Below, in pieces: positions 59,990 through 64,000 of a DNA stretch of 64,000 nucleotides. A program made the position numbers and the translations under genes. Source of the stretch: Macrostomum lignano. Lineage: Eukaryota. Each line of letters begins with the position of its first letter. Within the stretch, counting starts at the first letter, position 1. The notes under the pieces are model-generated. The model did no database searches. It saw only the letters and a list, made by a program, of their open reading frames with translations, and was not told the origin of the DNA. Where the stretch lies: the NCBI GenBank assembly GCA_002269645.1, contig NIVC01000421.1:434001-498000 (forward strand). The letters run 5' to 3'.

Positions 59990-60660
59990 ATCTCCGACAC
60001 TTCATATCTCCGACACTTCATAGCTCCGACACTTCATATCTCCGACACTTCATATCTCCGACACTTCATAGCTCCGACACTTCATATCTCCGACACTTCA
60101 TATCTCCGACACTTCGTATCTCCGACACTTCATATCTCCGACACTTCATATCTCCGACACTTCATATCTCCGACACTTCATATCTCCGACACTTGGTATC
60201 CCCGACACTTCATAGCTCCGACACTTCGTATCTCCGACACTTCGTATCTCCGACACTTCATATCTCCGACACTTCATATCTCCGACACTTGGTATCCCCG
60301 ACACTTCATAGCTCCGACACTTCATATCTCCGACACCTCATATCTCCGACACTTCGTATCCCCGACACTTCATATCTCCGACACTTCGTATCCCCGACAC
60401 TTCATATCTCCGACACTTGGTATCCCCGACACTTCATAGCTCCGACACTTCATATCTCCGACACCTCATATCTCCGACACTTCGTATCCCCGACACTTCA
60501 TAGCTCCGACACTTCATATCTCCGACAATTCATATTTCCGACACTTCATATCTGCGACAATTCATATTTCCGATACTTCATATTTCCGACACTTCATATT
60601 TCCGACACTTCATATTTCCGATACTTCATATCTCCAAAATTTCATATCTCCGACACCCCA
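59990..60660. repeat. 16-bp minisatellite (tatctccgacacttca)
   Basis: Direct reading. Confidence 0.93.
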
Positions 60661-61489
60661 TGTCTCCGACGTTTCATATCTTCGGCAAGCGTTAACCCTA
60701 ACCATATCGGGTAAACAGCAAATATTGAGTGTCTGTGGGATATGCAGTCCGTTGATAGTTGCTATTTTAAAGCACTTATTCAGGTTCACAATTGCAGCAC
60801 CTATCAATCCTGATAGCCTAGAGGTGACGATGCACCTCAGTGGAGTTCGAAATGCGTCGAAATATTAACGTAACGTTTGTCTTAATTTAAAACAGTGAAA
60901 AAATCTAATTACATAAATGTCTATCCAGGTAGATTGTGCTTTTTCTGTCGAACGGTAATTATCGTATAATAATATATAGTTCAGAGTTTCGAGTTTATCT
61001 GAAATATATGTTTATTTATTTACACAGTAATTTGATAGCACATACAGTATGCTTTAATTACATCTATGCACCACTCGCTGCTCTATATTGTGTGTACTCC
61101 AGTGTGTCTGTACACCATTTTGTCTCAAATTTAACAATTGATTGATTATTGGAAAAATATATAAAATTTTTAATATACACTTAATACTTGCAAACACTAT
61201 TGACAATAGCCGTAATAAAAACTGTAGTGCAGTATGCATTGTGTGCGTTCTTTGTTAAAATCCTTTCTAGCTATTTTATATACCTAGACGATCTGCCATT
61301 CGTTGCTTTAAGGCTTTGCATAGGTATAGGTTGTGTGACCACTTCTGCTAGTGTAAGAAGTGACCCGTTTCAATTTCAGTTCCTTACACCAAAAGACATT
61401 GTACTTTTTCTTATACTATCTGGATTTTTTAATTACCTATTAGTCGATAAGTAAGTTACTTCAATGTCTTTCACCTTACACACTTTAAG

Positions 61490-62995
61490 GTGCTCCACCA
61501 GAGACACTTTTGCTCCACCAGACTTCAAGGTGCTCCATCACAGACTCTTCAAGTGCTCCACCACAGACTTCAAGGTGCTCCACCACAGACTCTTCAATGT
61601 GCTCCATCACAGACTCTTCAAGGTGCTCCACCACAGACTCTTCAAGGTGCTCCACCACAGACTCTTCAAGGTGTCCCACCACAGACTCTTCAAGGTGCTC
61701 CACCACAGACTCTTCAAGGTGTCCCACCACAGACTCTTCAAGGTGCTCCATCACAGACTCTTCAAGGTGCTACATCACAGACTCTTCAAGGTCCTCCACC
61801 ACAGACTCTTCAAGGTGCTCCACCACAGACTTCAAGGTGCTCCATCACAGACTCTTCAAGGTGTCCCACCACAGACTCTTCAAGGTGCTCCATCACAGAC
61901 TCTTCAAGGTGCTACATCACAGACTCTTCAAGGTCCTCCACCACAGACTCTTCAAGGTGCTCCACCACAGACTCTTCAAGGTGCTCCACCACAGACTTCA
62001 AGGTGCTCCATCACAGACTCTTCAAGTGCTCCACCACAGACTTCAAGGTGCTCCACCACAGACTCTTCAATGTGCTCCATCACAGACTCTTCAAGGTGCT
62101 CCACCACAGACTCTTCAAGGTGCTCCACCACAGACTCTTCAAGGTGTCCCACCACAGACTCTTCAAGGTGCTCCACCACAGACTCTTCAAGGTGTCCCAC
62201 CACAGACTCTTCAAGGTGCTCCATCACAGACTCTTCAAGGTGCTACATCACAGACTCTTCAAGGTCCTCCACCACAGACTCTTCAAGGTGCTCCACCACA
62301 GACTCTTCAAGGTGCTCCATCACAGACTTCAAGGTGCTCCATCACAGACTCTTCAAGTGCTCCACCACAGACTTCAAGGTGCTCCACCACAGACTCTTCA
62401 ATGTGCTCCATCACAGACTCTTCAAGGTGCTCCACCACAGACTCTTCAAGGTGCTCCACCACAGACTCTTCAAGGTGTCCCACCACAGACTCTTCAAGGT
62501 GCTCCACCACAGACTCTTCAAGGTGTCCCACCACAGACTCTTCAAGGTGCTCCATCACAGACTCTTCAAGGTGCTACATCACAGACTCTTCAAGGTCCTC
62601 CACCACAGACTCTTCAAGGTGCTCCACCACAGACTTCAAGGTGCTCCATCACAGACTCTTCAAGTGCTCCACCACAGACTTCAAGGTGCTCCACCACAGA
62701 CTCTTCAATGTGCTCCATCACAGACTCTTCAATGTGCTCCATCACAGACTCTTCAAGGTGCTCCACCACAGACTCTTCAAGGTGCTCCACCACAGACTCT
62801 TCAAGGTGTCCCACCACAGACTCTTCAAGGTGCTCCACCACAGACTCTTCCAGGTGTCCCACCACAGACTCTTCAAGGTGCTCCATCACAGACTCTTCAA
62901 GGTGCTACATCACAGACTCTTCAAGGTCCTCCACCACAGACTCTTCAAGGTGCTCCACCACAGACTCTTCAAGGTGCTCCACCACGGACACTTCA
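61490..62995. repeat. 24-bp stop-free minisatellite (aaggtgctccaccacagactcttc) with higher-order blocks
   Basis: The unit has no + strand stop in any frame. 21-23-bp deletion variants recur in blocks of about 300-490 bp. Confidence 0.95.
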
Positions 62996-63182
62996 ATAAG
63001 TATTTCCTAAATAATTCAAGATATTTAGTAATTTTTCTCGAGGTGTTTGCAGAACATTTAGTGGCATTTTTCAGGCTAGAATGTTAAAATATTGAATGTC
63101 ATAGTGACTTGAATCTTTATACAATTTTTTATGTTGTTCACAAACCCACCATTGCAGCGCTCGTAAAAAAACGGTTGCTAAA

Positions 63183-64000
63183 ATGTTGGCCAGAGCCTTG
63201 ACAACCGTTGCTATGCAGCAGCAGCAGCAGCATCTCAGCAGAGTCAGGTAAACTTACTGATAGATGTAATTGCAAAAAATCGCGAGTCCATTAGTGTGAG
63301 ATATCTGCATCACGTGTACTTTAGCTGCTAATGTATATTCAATAGAGATCTTTTTAAAGGAATCCACCATTAGTTCTGATAGCTATGTAAAAGAATCAAT
63401 TCTTAAAATCGCCATTTATATCCCCCCTGTTGATTGTCTTTATAATCCCGCATATCATCATATCATACAATTGAAAGTCCAAAAAATTGCTATAAATATT
63501 CCCCTAACAATTGAATTAAACTTCCCCGAAGAGTCGCATTGGAATTCCCCAAGAATCGCATTAGAATTCCCCTAAGAATCGGATTGGAATTTCCTTAGAA
63601 TCACATTGGTATTCCCCTAAGAATCGCATTAGAATTCCCCCAAAAATCGCTTGGGGATTCCCCAAGAATCGCATTGGAATTCCCCAGGTATCGCATTGGA
63701 ATTCCCCTAAGAATCGCATTGGAATTCCCCTAAGAATCGCATTGGAATTCCCCTAAGAATCGCATTGGAATTCCCCCAAGAGTCGCATTGAAATTCCCCT
63801 AAGAATCGCATTGGAATTCCCCTTATAATCGCTTTGGAATTCCCTTATAATCGCATTGGAATTCCCCCAAGAGTCGCATTGGAATTCCCCTAAGAATCGC
63901 ACTGGAATTCCTTGAAGAATTGCATTGGGATTCCCCGATAATCCGTTAAAATATCAAAACTTCCTCAGCTGCCTGAGCCCGGATTTGGCATCATCAGCGG
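63183..64000 (+). CDS. Putative first two exons of a gene running off the window; N-terminus resembles a mitochondrial targeting peptide
   Basis: ATG exon 63183-63247 (MLARALTTVAMQQQQQHLSRV) ends at ag|gtaaac. Acceptor ttcctcag| at 63969 continues in frame (SCLSPDLASSA). No family motif is visible yet. Confidence 0.5.
63520..63940. repeat. About 22-23-bp minisatellite (aatcgcattggaattcccctaag)
   Basis: Direct reading. Confidence 0.9.

Overview
Eukaryotic (animal) genomic DNA with spliceosomal GT-AG introns. Innexin plus a short tandem-repeat array in almost every intron suggests a free-living flatworm such as Macrostomum; this is an inference, not established here. Five complete spliced genes can be reconstructed with consistent exon phases: RFWD3-like RING/WD40 E3 ligase (-), amidophosphoribosyltransferase PPAT (-), an SLC28/CNT nucleoside transporter (+), a divergent innexin nested antisense in CNT intron 6 (-), and a divergent F-actin capping protein alpha (+). 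A sixth gene probably starts at the right edge. Mobile elements: an ORF-intact Ty3/Gypsy element in a PPAT intron; a 5'-inverted RTE-like LINE whose YADD motif is split by an 83-bp insertion with a 15-bp TSD; an RT-deleted APE-type LINE whose 3' end resembles that insertion; a Penelope-like GIY-YIG element inside a (CT)n tract; a truncated LTR plus tRNA-Leu PBS; a Tc1-like element whose TIR expanded into a satellite; and several hAT/MULE-like MITEs, including a nested cluster in CAPZA intron 1. Most long ORFs in the supplied track are read-through of tandem repeats. There is no CRISPR array or prokaryotic system, and I found no clearly new biological system. The best leads are the retroelement structures, the nested innexin and the intron-array pattern.
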